Shown here: piece by piece, positions 27,003 through 41,100 of the stretch | How positions within the stretch are numbered: the first letter of the stretch is position 1 | How the letters are laid out: each line of letters starts with the position of its first letter | Source of the DNA: Octopus vulgaris | Taxonomy: Eukaryota | Assembly: GCA_951406725.2 (NCBI GenBank) | Contig: OX597834.1 | Location: 23,684,001-23,748,000 of the forward strand | DNA length: 64,000 bases | Reading direction: 5' to 3' | Made by a program: the position numbers and the translations under genes | The notes under the pieces: generated by a model | What the model saw: only the letters and a program-made list of their open reading frames with translations | What the model was told of the DNA's origin: nothing | Database searches by the model: none

Positions 27003-27409
27003 TTAGGGAATGAATCCAAAATTACAGGGAAAAATCAGATTTAGGGTTAAATCCAATTTTATAGTAAAATATTATATAATATAATTCGAGACAAAACCAC
27101 TATTTTAAAACCAAACAAGGAAAGACTTAATCAATACATAAAATTTTAATATAAATTAAATAAACCGCCACAACAATTGTTTCATGTCTGCTACCGACAA
27201 ACTTCAGGTGGATTTTCGATCTTCTAATCAGTATCAAATTTTGAAGTATCAAAATTTGATTCTGATTAGAAGATCGAAAATCCACCTGAAGATTGTCGGT
27301 AGCAGACATGAAACAATTGTTGTGGCGGTTTATTTAATTTATATTAAAATTTTATGTATTGATTAAGTCTTTCCTTGTTTGGTTTTAAAATAGTGGTTTT
27401 GTCTCGAAT

Positions 27410-27420
<11 letters not shown>
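27000..27420. mobile_element. Fold-back element (172-bp near-perfect arms, 4-nt loop) in (TA)n, carrying a minimal hammerhead; Penelope-like
   Basis: 27073-27244 is the reverse complement of 27249-27420 with 2 mismatches seen; about 72-nt unpaired extension; (TA)n on both sides. Confidence 0.7.
27282..27325 (+). ncRNA. Minimal type I hammerhead ribozyme motif
   Basis: CCAC-CTGAAGA-tTGTC-ggtagca-GACAt-GAAAC-AATT-GTT-GTGG; palindromic stem III, GUU triplet; first stem II pair is U.U. Confidence 0.6.
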
Positions 27421-27477
<57 letters not shown>

Positions 27478-27701
27478 TTGTATTTAAGTGTTTATATTTA
27501 TTGAAAACGAAAACAAAGTTAAAATTTCCCATGTACTGAGATTTTATTTTTTTCAAAACACAATATCTATTTAAATATTTTATACTCTTTTGAGCGATTG
27601 ATTTACTTCAGAGTTCATAGTTCTATGGTCTCTCTTCTGTATGAACACATTTGTGTCTAGTTAAGTAACTTGTATCACAGAATGATTTACCACAGATGTT
27701 A

Positions 27702-28637
27702 TTATGGTTTCTCTCCTGTATGAATATTTCTGTGAGTGCTTAGATTACATTTTTGAGAGAAGAATTTACCACAAATATCGCATTGGTGTGGTTTCTCTCC
27801 TGTATGAATATTTTTGTGAGTATTCAAGGTAGCACTTCGAGAGAATGACTTACCACAGATATCACAATGATGTGGCTTCTCTCCTGTATGAATACGGATG
27901 TGATTAGTTAAATTAAAACTTAAAGAGAAAGATTTACCACAAACATCACAGTGATACGATTTCTCTCCAGTGTGAACAATTTTGTGGTTAGTTAATGTGC
28001 ACCTTGCAGAAAATGACTTACCACAAATATCACATTGATATGGTTTCTCTCCTGTATGAATACGTTTGTGTTTAGTTAAGTCACTACTTTCAGAGAATGA
28101 TTTACCACAGATGTCACAGCGATGTGGTTTCTCACCTGTGTGAACACGCTTGTGATTAGTTAATTCACTACTTCCAAAGAAGGATCTACTACAGATATCA
28201 CAGGAATATGGTTTCTCTCCTGTATGAATTCGTTTGTGTATAGTTAAATAACTACGATCAGAAAAGGATTTACCACAGATGTCACACTGAAATGGCCTCT
28301 CACCTGTATGAGTTCGTTTGTGACTAGTTAAGTGACCACTTTCAGAAAATGATTTACCACAAATATCACAGGGAAATGGTTTCTCTCCTGTATGAATGCG
28401 TTTGTGAGTAGTAAGCTGACCTTTGATAAAGAATGATTTACCACAGATATCACAATGATATGGTTTAACTCCTGTGTGGATACGTTTATGAGTATATAAG
28501 CTACATTTGTGAGTGTATGACTTGTTACAGATATCACAGTGATATAATGTTTTTTCTTTCTTTTTATCATTAGGAAAATCAATACTTTCAGACCACGTTT
28601 CACATTTAACTTCATTTTTACACAATTGACCTTCCAT
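27702..28637 (-). CDS. C2H2 zinc-finger protein B1, 10 fingers
   Basis: 311-aa ORF; predicted 5' intron 28998-29098; a degenerate extra finger follows the stop. Confidence 0.93.
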   Translation of the reverse strand: MEGQLCKNEVKCETWSESIDFPNDKKKEKTLYHCDICNKSYTHKCSLYTHKRIHTGVKPYHCDICGKSFFIKGQLTTHKRIHTGEKPFPCDICGKSFSESGHLTSHKRTHTGERPFQCDICGKSFSDRSYLTIHKRIHTGEKPYSCDICSRSFFGSSELTNHKRVHTGEKPHRCDICGKSFSESSDLTKHKRIHTGEKPYQCDICGKSFSARCTLTNHKIVHTGEKSYHCDVCGKSFSLSFNLTNHIRIHTGEKPHHCDICGKSFSRSATLNTHKNIHTGEKPHQCDICGKFFSQKCNLSTHRNIHTGEKP

Positions 28638-29226
28638 AATGTTTCTTCTCTCACCACAAAATGCTGATATTTTTCTCCTATTTTTCTTTTTTCATTTCTC
28701 CTATTTTTCTATTTTTCATTCCCAAGATATATTTCTTCCGCTGTATTTCCTTCGTTTTATAATCGAAGATGCCGCAAAATTCTTTCTAATCCAAGTTCAA
28801 TTAGAATATAAAATCAGCTTGTGTATACGGCGATTAATTTTCGTTCGGAGCAATTATATCAAAGTAATTCTTCCATAGATATACTTATGTAACCAAGGTT
28901 GACATCTGTTCTAAATGACATTGAGTCGTTAAAACATAATAAATACTGATGGATCTGAAGTTAATAACATTCTCGTATCCCAATGTCATTTGATATTCTG
29001 AAATAAAAAGAAACGATGTAAAATATAGAGGAAACTTAATATGAAGACATCCAACTACATTTCTTCTATATTGATAAACAGTAGATAGAAACGTTTACCT
29101 GAACAACTGAACTCATCCAATGAAGATGACAAGACATTCATTGGACTCTCTGAGTCAGTGGAATACCTGAACAATTCGGACTTGGGACCGACAATGCACT
29201 GGGATGAATGGGGAAATTACCAAAAT

Positions 29227-30053
29227 ATTTGGGTAATTTTAACAAATAAATGGCGTGTATTCAGCTGAAGAAAATTATTGTTGTTGTTTGCGAATAACAA
29301 CTTCCGGGTCGCTAGAAAGAGCAACCAACTCTTCCTGACAAAAAGAAAAATGAAATTTCCGTCTTCAAAAATAAGAAGAAGAATGCAAGTTTAAATTAGT
29401 TTATAATGTTCGCTTAGGAATTCATTACTTCTAGAAAAGAATAAGACAAAATAGCCATGGCTGGAACACCTTTTTTCACATAGCCATTACAATCAGAGCT
29501 ATTCTTCACTGTTTGATGAAGCAGCTAAAGTTAAAGAAAAGTTGAAAGAATAAAAGATAGCAAGTATCTATATTCCAAATAATGGCATTCCTTTGACTAG
29601 CTCAATCTATTCAGATTTTCGTATTAAATAAATAGATGTTATGGGAACTAGGTTCATATAATGGCTAATATCCAGTGTTGTACGAAAGTAGTTTTACGGA
29701 TCTTTTCAATCTAAGTCACAGATTTTAAAAAATAACTAAACAGTTTGAAACTTCGGATGCTGGTTGAATGTGTCGGAGGTTTTTCTATTCTGCACATAAA
29801 AAAGTTTGGCTACATTTTCTAGTAGGTCATTCAACCACATAGAGGCTCTGTCGTTGGTCTGTCTCAGTAATAATTTTGTTGTTATTTAGCCTCAAATCAA
29901 CCCTGATACAGCAAACTTATCTTGCTATAAAATCATCTCTGGTTATTAAAGAAGAGTTTTATTAAAGGACCCGGAAGTTATTGTTCACAAACAGCAGGAG
30001 TAATTTTCTTCAGCTGAATACACGTCACTGATTGGTTAAAATTACCCAAATAC
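29227..30053. promoter_or_regulatory. Inverted pair of about 85-bp cassettes with ETS (CCGGAAGT), CRE-like and CCAAT motifs between divergent genes B1 and A2
   Basis: 29227-29310 is a diverged reverse complement of 29969-30053. Confidence 0.5.
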
Positions 30054-32198
30054 GACAACTTTAACACGAAACAACTTCTAAAATACAAAATGTTGTCAAA
30101 AACGTTAAGAATAAACCCTGTTCTATGTGATACATTCTACCAGCAACCGAATTTTCAAAGTGCACCTGAGCACTGTATACAATAATTTCATTATTATTTT
30201 TTTTAAATTAATTGAAAATTTTGGCCGCCAGATTGAAATGATCCTCCCATTCTCCCAAATTTTAGATTTTTCAAATTTCGCCTCGCCTCTCCGACGGACC
30301 TCTCGCACAGTCTCACACAAAAACAGACATTTCTGATTTTTCTTATTCGGTGAGTAAGCATAAAGTTATGTTTATAGACAGACAGACAGATAGATAGATA
30401 TAAACAGATACGGATAAATAGACAGACAAAGAAATAAATTGATGAAAATGTTTTACGATTATTTAAGGCAAACACAAGTAAAGCGCAAATTCTTTTCACT
30501 TTAATGTTTTTGTCTATATTTAATTTCGATTTGCATATGTTCGTCATTTCGCGACATTCTCTTGAAAGTAAACAAAATCAAAATTTTTAATTCGATGGTA
30601 GGAGTGGGGTAAATCTAATTTTTTTTTTTTTTGCATATTCGTTATCTCCGACATATAAAACGTATCCGAAAAAATGCATTTTTCCATGAGAGGTGCAAAA
30701 CTGCATTAGATCTCTGATTCCTTTTATTTCAAAACATGAACTCATAAAAATATAATTGAAAGTAATTATCTTCACCACTTTACATAGTAATATTTTTACA
30801 CAAAAATGACATCGTAATTTCATCATTAATCTAATATTGATCTTAAGGGTTGATTTATTTTCATTTTCACTTTCTAAAGTTATTCTAAAACGAGAAAAAA
30901 AAACCCACCGAAGTATATGGAACATGTCATTGTGAGGTATATAGATGTTTTGACACCGTTTTTAGTAATACGGACCAGAAATGCTCGCATTTACATCTTT
31001 TAGAAGATAAAAGAATAATTCAAGGAAACCAGAATATATTTCAAGACTTATGTTGAAAGCGGAGAGAGAATTGTTAAGACGAGCTAAATTATTCTATTGT
31101 TTGATAAACATCTTTAATTTCTAGGACAGATCTAATTTAGGCGATCATTAGTTTATAACAGACATTTAGGTGATCCAGTTAATTAGAGATGATTGCTAAT
31201 TAAATATGAAGAGATAATACTACAGCTTTCTTTATTATATCGATGTGAAAAATCTAAACGAATGTTTGTTGTAAAACTTGAATCTATGGTGACATCTTCG
31301 TCATTGGCTCTGTATTAATATGTAAGTATTATTGATAGAAACAACATCTACATTGTATAGGTCGTGTCCTCTTTCTACTACATCCTTTTGTTTTGATGTG
31401 TTTAAAGACAATGGAAAGAAATTGAAGTAAAGAAGAAATTACCCTAAAGTAACGATATTGTTTTAATTCCTATATGGTAGTCCTATATAATATAGTGAGT
31501 TAAAAAACTTGCTTTAGCTAACATTGCCTTTTGTTGTCTTAATACTTTCAGTAATTTCCTTTCTACACTCCATTTCAATGCTCGTTATTCCTCCATATCT
31601 TCAGATCAACGCAAAGAGAAAGTTTGTATTTCTTAATGTCATTTCGGAACATTGTTTAGTCACCATTTACTTTTATTTCTATACATACTTGACAACTCAT
31701 GGTGAAATTCTGGTTTCAGCACCCTGTGTAACTCCTCATAACCTATATATTTTTTTACAATTTTCACCCTTTTTGGGTTGATAAAGGGAAGTGCTACTTG
31801 AGTTTATACCAAAAATCTGAAACAAAAGAAGATATAAGAAATGTAGTAAAATGTCTACTTTTTATAGAAATATCCTCTATATTTTATATTTCTTCTCTTT
31901 ATTTCAGAATATAGATGATGATGCCATAAAAGAATTATTTGCCTCATATCCATCAATATTTATCATCTTGTGAGGAAAGAAAGACTCGATGGAAAACATT
32001 ACCAGCAAAAAAATAGAGATTAATAGCTGAATTTTCTGTCTCTTCTGTTTGGAATGTGTAGAAGATGATTTTATATTCTAATTAAAATTGGATTACAAAG
32101 GAGTTTGCAGCATCTTTGAATATTTATTACGATCACAGTTGATGGAAATATAGCAGAAGAAAAAAAGGCATCTATATTGTGGAGAAAGATAAAGAATT

Positions 32199-33485
32199 AT
32201 GGAAAATGAAATGTGTGAAAAAAAAGCTCAATGTAATACACAGTGGCAAAGAATGAATTTCCCCAATGATATTAAGAAAGAGAATGGGAATATATTATAT
32301 CAGTGTGATATCTGTAAAAAATCATTCTCTTATAAATGTAACTTTACAACTCACAAACTTATTCATACAATAGAGAAGCCACATCACTGTGATATCTGTG
32401 GTAAATCCTTCTGTCGAAATGATGAGTTAACTGTACACAGACGTATTCATGTAGAAGAGAAACGGTATGTCTGTGATATCTGTGGTAAATCATTCTCTAA
32501 ATGCAGTACCTTAGTAGGTCACAGACGTATTCATACAGGAGAGCAGCCACATCACTGTGATATCTGTGGTAAATCATTCTCTATCAGTGGTAACTTAGCT
32601 ACTCACAGACGTATTCATTCAGGAGAGAAGCCATATCACTGCGATATCTGTGGTAAATCATTCTCTCGAAACGGTTACTTAGCAATTCACAAACGTATTC
32701 ATGCAGGAGAGAAGCCACATCACTGTGATATCTGTGGTAAATCATTCTCTACGAATGCTGATCTAACTGTACACAAACGTATTCATACAGGAGAGAAGCC
32801 ATATCACTGTGATATCTGTGGTAAATCATTCTCTGTAAGTTGTCAATTAACTGTTCACAGACGTATTCATACAGGAGATACGCCATATCACTGTGATATC
32901 TGTGGTAAATCATTCTCTCAAAAGAGTCACTTAACTACTCACAGATATATTCATACAGGAGAGAAACCATATGACTGTGATATCTGTGGTAAATCATTCT
33001 CTCCAAGTTTTAACTTAGCTTCTCACAGGCGTCTTCATACAGGAGAGAAACCATATCACTGTGATATCTGTGGTAAATCATTCTCTACGAATTCTCATTT
33101 AACTATACACAGACGTATTCATACAGGAGATACGCCATATCACTGTGATATCTGTGGTAGATCATTCTCTCAAAAAAGTGACTTAACTACTCACAGACAT
33201 GTTCATACTGGAGAGAAACCATATGATTGTGATATCTGTGGTAAATCATTCTATCTAAAAAATCTCCTAACTAGACATAAGCGTATTCATACAGGAGAGA
33301 AGCCATTTCAGTGTAATATTTGTGGTACATCATTCTCTCAGAATGCTACTTTAACTGTACACAGACGTATTCATACAGGAGAGAAACCATATGACTGTGT
33401 TACATGTGGTAAATCATTTTCTGATAGTAGCCACTTAATGAAGCATAAACGTATTCACACAGGAGAGAAACCATATCATGCGTGA
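32199..33485 (+). CDS. C2H2 zinc-finger protein A2, 14 fingers, C-terminally truncated by frameshift
   Basis: 428-aa ORF ending TGEKPYHA*; exon begins at 31908 after acceptor. Confidence 0.92.
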   Translation: MENEMCEKKAQCNTQWQRMNFPNDIKKENGNILYQCDICKKSFSYKCNFTTHKLIHTIEKPHHCDICGKSFCRNDELTVHRRIHVEEKRYVCDICGKSFSKCSTLVGHRRIHTGEQPHHCDICGKSFSISGNLATHRRIHSGEKPYHCDICGKSFSRNGYLAIHKRIHAGEKPHHCDICGKSFSTNADLTVHKRIHTGEKPYHCDICGKSFSVSCQLTVHRRIHTGDTPYHCDICGKSFSQKSHLTTHRYIHTGEKPYDCDICGKSFSPSFNLASHRRLHTGEKPYHCDICGKSFSTNSHLTIHRRIHTGDTPYHCDICGRSFSQKSDLTTHRHVHTGEKPYDCDICGKSFYLKNLLTRHKRIHTGEKPFQCNICGTSFSQNATLTVHRRIHTGEKPYDCVTCGKSFSDSSHLMKHKRIHTGEKPYHA

Positions 33486-34446
<961 letters not shown>

Positions 34447-34679
34447 GATTCTGTATGAAAATTCAGCTTGTAGGGAAATAAAATTTAATAACTCATATAA
34501 CAATGTTTCTTGATCAAATTTTTTTTTTCTTTTGCTTGTTGGTCATCATCATCATCATCATTTAACATCTGTTTTTCTATGCTGGCATGGGTCGGACGGT
34601 TTGACTGAAAACTAGTAAGCTGGGGAGCTGCACCATGTTCCAATCTGATTTGGTAAGGTTTCTACCACTGGTTTCTACT

Positions 34680-35600
34680 TCATTCTATGTCTTCCTAGGT
34701 CTCACTCTGCCATGAGTTTCATCCACTTTAAGTGGTCAGTACATCTTTATGCAGCCGTCCTCATCCATACACATCACATGACTGAACCAGCTCAGTCTTC
34801 CCTCCTGTACACTACATCTAACTCCTCTTAAGTCTAACTTTTCCCTTAATACACTAGCACTTTGTTATGCATGCGCCCTAACATTGCCCACGCAATGACT
34901 ATACTAGCTTTGTTCCTTTCTAATCTTTGCATGTCCTCTACATTTAGGGCCCACACCTCACTATCATTGCTTTTTGTACACAACATCATAGAATCTTCCT
35001 TTCATTCAGAGAGAGAGAGATCTTTGGTTGCCAACAGAGGTTAAAGCTCTCTGAATTTTTTTCCCATCTTATTCTAGCAATTACACTTTTGGAACACCCT
35101 CCTCCACTGCTGAGTAGGTCATCTAAGAAACGGAAATTCTCTACAACCTCTAGAGAGCTTCCAGAGCATTTGATTATAGTCAGTTACCCATGTCTCCTGT
35201 GCATCTTCCACACACAAACACTCCTTTCTCTGTTAACCATTCTGTGATTCCACTGCACTGCTTGTGGGTCCATAGCTTGCACTGCATGGAATTTCTGCCT
35301 ACACCTTTCCTACATATCAAGCAAGGCCATTTACCTGAAGGTGGTAGAGTATTGTCTATTTTCTTGCTTACTAGAACTTTGGTCTTTGCTAAGTTAACTT
35401 TAAGGCTCTGTGATTGCTGGTTTTGATTCTACACTGGGAATTTCTTACCCAATTCTGTTAGAGATTCTGTCATGAGAGTGAAATGATCAGCATATAGTAG
35501 TTCCTAGGGGTAGCCGGTCTTAAATTCCTCTGTAATGGCCTGGAGGATGATAATGGATGCTGAACAGGAAGAGGAGACTGAGAACTGAGCTCTTTCAATT
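34680..35600 (-). mobile_element. Degenerate RTE LINE fragment; part of it has an inverted duplicate at about 20700-21080 (+)
   Basis: Similar to the 40130-41100 RT and C-terminal region. Confidence 0.7.
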
Positions 35601-38492
35601 TCTTTCTCCCAAATCCATGGATAAGGCTTCAGTTGGCCTAGGGCTATAGAAGACACTTGTCCAAAGTGATTCCAGTGGGATTAAACTTATAAACTACATG
35701 ATTGGGAAGCAAACTTATTCCCAACACAGCTAGGAGACGCTTAGCAACATCTCGTCCGCCTCTAAGAGTTCAAATACCACCATGGTCGACTTTACCTTTC
35801 ATCCTTCTGGGATCGATAAAATAAGTAGGAGTTGAGCACTTGGGTCAAGGTAATCGACTCTCTTGCTCCCCACAAAACTTTACATGTTTTGCCAAGTGTA
35901 GAAAGAATATTTAATAAAATTATACTATTATGTTAATAAATGTTGATAAACAAAAAATATCCTAAAATATATCTTAGCGGCCATCGTCGTTTTTTTAAGA
36001 CTATTTGAGGACATTTTTTTTTCTTGTATTGTTACATTGGTTTTTGTTTTTATTTCCTCCAAAGTAAGAAAGATCGCCCATTGTCTTTGGAACGGTTACG
36101 GATGGGAAAGGTCTTGATCATAGGCTTCTAAAATACAAAATTTTGTCAAAAACGTTAAGAGTAAACCCTGTTCTATGTGATACATTCTACTAGCATCCGA
36201 ATTTTCAAAGTGCACCTGAGCACTGTATACAATAATTTCATTATTATTTTTTTTTTTTTTTCATTAATTAAAAAATCTGGCCGCCAGACTGAAAAGATCC
36301 TCCCATTCTCCCTAATTTTAGATTTTTCAAATTTCGCCCATCCTCTCCGGCGGATCTCACAACCAGTCACACAAAAACACATTTCTGATTTTTCTTATTC
36401 GGTGAGTAAGCATAAAGTTATGTTTATAGACAGACAGACAGATAGATAGATATAAACAGATACGGATAAATAGACAGACAAAGAAATAAATGGATGAAAA
36501 TGTTTTACGATTATTTAAGGCAAACACAAGTAAAGCGCAAATTCTTTTTACTTTAATGGTTTTGTCTATATTTAATTTCGATTTGCATATGTTCGTCATT
36601 TCGCGACGTTCTCTTGAAAGTAAACGAATTCAAAATTTTTAATTCGCTGGTAGGAGTGGGGTAAATCTAATTTTTTTTTTTTTTGCATATTCGTAATCTC
36701 CGACATTTAAACGTATCCGAAAAATATTATCAAAAAATGCATTTTTCCATCAGAGGTGCAAAACTGCATTAGATCCCTGATTCCTTTTATTTCAAAATAT
36801 GAACTCATAAAAATATAATTGAAAGTAATTATCTTCACCACTTTACATAGTAATATTTTTACACAAAAATGACATCGTAATTTCATCATTAATCTAATAT
36901 TGATCTTAAGGGTTGATTTATTTTCATTTTCACTTTCTAAACTTATTCTAAAACGAGAAGAAAAAAAACCCACCGAAGTATATGGAACATGTCATTTTGA
37001 GGTATATAGATGTTTTGACACCGTTTTTAGTAATACGGACCAGAAATGCTCGCATTTACATCTTTTAGAAGATAAAAGAATAATTCAAGGAAACCAGAAT
37101 ATATATAAAGACTTATGTTGAAAGCGGAGAGAGAATTGTTAAGACGAGCTAAATTATTCTATTGTTTGATAAACATCTTTAATTTCTAGGACAGATCTAA
37201 TTTAGGCGATCCTTAGTTTATAACAGACATTTAGGTGATCCAGTTAATTAGAGATGATTGCTAATTAAATATGAAGAGATAATACTACAGCTTTCTTTAT
37301 TATATCGATGTGAAAAACCTAAACGAAGGTTTGTTGTAAAATATTGAAGCTGTCATTGCCCAGTCTGAGTTGTGACTACTTGAATCTATCACGACATCTT
37401 CGTCATTGGCTCTATATTAACATGTAAGTATTCTAGAGAGAAACAACATCTGTGTTTGATATGGATTAAGTTGAATTTGAGGATTATTGGGTGGGAAGAA
37501 GAATGGGAAAATTTTAATTGAAAAATTTATTTCCCATAATTATACAAGGTCCAGTGTGTAGAACACAAATTGACAAAATAATTCTGAAAATACCAACAAA
37601 AGTTATGATTGATTACATAGTGTACATTGATTCAGAATCCATAATAGGCTGTGCATATGTGTGAATATTTTTAACATTGCGAATTTGGATTTCAAAGGAT
37701 TTCCAATATTTAAAAAGGTTGAATTAAAATCAACCTTTTTTTTTCCATAATCACATGAATTCCTGTGTGTAGAACACAAATTCACAAAGGTTTTCTGAAA
37801 ATTTCCCAAAACAGAAAAAGTTATGAAGTGTTATAAGGTTTGCTTAAACTTTTCATCCTTTTGGGATCAATAAAATTAAGTACCAGCTAAGTACTGGTGT
37901 CAATATAATCGACTCGCTCCATCCCCAGATTTTTAAGGCCTTAGAAAGGATTTTTTGTTATTAAGGTGGGGAGTAGTGTTGGAATCCTTAGTCCATCAGA
38001 TAAAATGCTTAGCAGCATTTTTTCTCTCTCTTTGCACACCTCATTGAGGTTGGGTTTGTCTTTCACCCTTTTTGGGTTGATAAAGGGAAGTACTACTTGA
38101 GTTTATACCAAAAATCTGAAACAAGAAGATATAAGAAATGTAGTAAAATGTCTACTTTTTATAGAAATATCCTCTATATTTTATATTTGTTCTCCTTTTA
38201 TTTCAGAATATAGATGATGATGCTGTAAAAGAATTATTTGCCTGAGATCCATCAATATTTATCATCTTGTGAGGACAGAAAGACTCGATGGAAAAGATTA
38301 CCAGCAAAAAATAGAGATTAATAGCTGAATTTTCTGTCTTTCTGTTTGGAATGTGTAGAAAATGATTTTATATTCTAATTAAAATTGGATTACAAAGGAG
38401 TTTGCAGCATCTTTGAATATTTATTACGATCACAGTTGATGGAAATATAGCAGAAGAAAAAAAGGCATCTATATTATGGAGAGAGATAAAGA

Positions 38493-39182
38493 ATGATGGA
38501 AAATGAAATGTGTGAAAACAAAGCCCAATATAATACACAGTAGCAAAGAATGAATTTCCCCAATGATATTAAGAAAGAGAAGGGGAATATATTATATCAG
38601 TGTGACATCTGTAAAAAATCATTCTCTTATAAATGTAACTTTACAACTCACAATCTTATTCATACAGGAGAGAAGCCACATCACTGTGATATCTGTGGTA
38701 AATCCTTCTGTCGAAATGATGAGTTAACTGTACACAGAAGTATTCATGCAAAAGAGAAACGATATGTCTGTGATATTTGTGGTAAATCGTTCTCTATATG
38801 CTTTAACTTAACTAGACATAAACGTGTTCATACAGGAGAGAAGCCATACCACTGTGATGTCTGTGATAAATCATTCTCTGTCAATAGTGCATTAGGTAAA
38901 CACAAACGGACTCATACAGGAGAAAGACCATATCAGTGTAATATTTGTGGTAAATCATTCTCAGGAAGTAGTAATTTGACTACTCACAAACTCATTCACA
39001 CAGGAGAGAAACCCTATCACTGTGACATCTGTGGTAAATCGTTCAGTCAAGCTGGTCAGGTCACGTCTCATAAATGCATCCATACAGGAGAGAAACTATT
39101 CCACTGTGGTGTCTGTGGTAATTCATTTGCTGAGAAATGTCATCTAAAGAGACATATCAGTGTTCATCGTGATTCATCATGA
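38493..39182 (+). CDS. C2H2 zinc-finger protein A3, 7 fingers; ancestral start interrupted by TAG at codon 17, in-frame restart at 38550
   Basis: ATGATGGAAAAT at 38493 as in A1; TAG at 38541-38543 where A1 and A2 have TGG; 210-aa ORF from 38550. Confidence 0.8.
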
Positions 39183-39329
39183 TTCTGTATCAAAATTCAG
39201 CTTGTATGCAAATAAAATCTAATAAATCGTATAACAATGTTTCTTGATCAAATTATTTTGTTTTCTTTTGCTTTTTGGTCATCATCATCATCATTTAACA
39301 TCTGAAATAGGATGAAATTAAACAAGAAA

Positions 39330-39473
39330 TAGCTTACAAACTACAGAATTTTCTCAAGAATACCAAGAGAAAAAGATGTTTTATGTGACACATTCTACCC
39401 GTATACGAAATTTAAAAGTGTTTAGTTACAAAGAAATTATTTTTAAAATCTGCCGGTCAAAGTGAAAAGATCC
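39330..39473. mobile_element. Right-end fragment of the GGATC MITE
   Basis: caagagaaaaagatgtttt…tgccggtcaaagtgaaaagatcc matches the right ends of the other copies. Confidence 0.7.
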
Positions 39474-39537
39474 CGTCATCTTTCTTGGTGTTAGGTCAAT
39501 AAAATAAAATAAATGACTAGGTCAGCCATGATGGATC

Positions 39538-41100
39538 ATCATCGTTTAACGTCCGATTTGACTGAGGTCTGGTGAACCAGATGGCTGCACCAGGCTCCAA
39601 TCTGATCTGGCAGAGTTTCTACAGCTGGATGCCCTTCCTAATGCCAACCACTTCAAGAGTGTAGTGGGTGCTTTTATGTGCCACCGGCAAGAAGGCTAGT
39701 CAAGCAGTACTGGTAACAGCCACGCTCAAAAGGTGCTTTTTATGTGCCACCTGCACAGGAGCCAGCCCAGCGGAACTGGCAATGACCTTGCTCAAATGTT
39801 TTTTGACATACCACCAGCCACAAGTGCCAGTAAGGCAATGCAGGTAACGATCACCCTCGAATGGTATTTTTTATGTGCCACCGGCACGGAGGCCAGCTTG
39901 TTGCTCTGGCAATGATCACACTTGTATGGTACTCTTAGCGCTCCACTAGCCAGTCATCGAATTTGATTTCAATCTCGATTTCACTTGCCTCAACAGGTCT
40001 TCACAAGCAGAGGTTAGTGACCAATGAAGGAAAGGTATGCATAAGTTGTCTGGTTACAGCCCTGGCAGAGGCCACAAGGTTATGGTCTCACTTGAGCGTG
40101 CTGAGTCTTCTCAAGCACAGCATATTTCCAAAGGTCCCAGTCACTAGTCATTGCCTCAGTGAGGCTGTGTTCGAAGGTCATGCTTCACGAACTCATCCCA
40201 GGTCTTCCTGGGTCTACCTCTTCCACAGGTTCCCTCAACTGTTAGGGTGTGGGACTTTTCCATACAGCTATCCATATCCATTTTCGCCACATGGCCATAC
40301 CAGCACAATCGTCTCTCTTGCATACCACATCTAATGCTTCTTAAGTCCAACTTTTCTCTCAAGGTACTAACACTCTGTCGAGTATGCACACTGACATTAC
40401 ACATCCATCAGAGCATAGGGCTTCATTCCTTGCGAGCTTATGCATGTCCTCAGTAGTCATGGCCATGTTTCACTGCCATGTAGCATGGCTGTTCGTACAG
40501 CAGAGGTAAGAGCTCCCTGAACTTTGCCCAGGCTATTCTTATTCTAGCAGCTACACTTTCAGAGCACCCTCCTCCGCTACTGACTTGGTCACCTAGGTAA
40601 CGGAAGCTATCAACTACTTCTAGTTTTTCTCCTCGGAAAATGATGGAAGTTGTTCTCTGCAGATTTTCAGTGTTTATTTCTCCTGAGCATCTGCCACATA
40701 CAAAAACTATCTTCCCGGTTAGCCTTCCCTTGATATTGCTTCACCTCTTATGTGTCCATAGCTTACACTGGGTACATCTTATAGAGTTTCTACCTGAAGG
40801 GATTTGTGGTTTGCCTGCCTTCCTACTTAGAACTTTGGTTTTAGCTAGGTTGACTCTAAGGCCCTTTGATTCTAATCCTTGTTTCCACACTTGAAACTTC
40901 TCTAGTTCTGATAGTGACTCAGCAAGGTCGTCAGCATAGAAGAGCTCCCAGGGTCATCCTGTCTCGAACTCCTCTGTTATTGCCCGGAGGACTATGATAA
41001 ATAGGAGGGGGCTGAGGACTGAACCTTGGTGGACCCCTACCTCTACCCAGAATTCTTCACTGTACTTGTTGCCAACCCTCACCTTACTGACAGCATCCCT
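39538..41100 (-). mobile_element. 5'-truncated RTE-like LINE: RT fragment, C-terminus and long 3' UTR with tandem units and (TGA)n tail
   Basis: GVHQGSVLSPLLFII…YADDL near 40920-41045; RRLCWYGHV…GRPRKTW near 40190-40320; 3' UTR matches the dispersed GTGCCGGTGGCAC repeats. Confidence 0.85.

Noticed and set aside
27127-27366. Two near-identical 60-aa ORFs on opposite strands
   Set aside because: A by-product of the palindrome; no coding evidence.
30203-30925. Duplicated 80-114 aa ORFs (also 36357-36973)
   Set aside because: AT-rich chance ORFs repeated only because of the segmental duplication; lengths and frames differ between copies.
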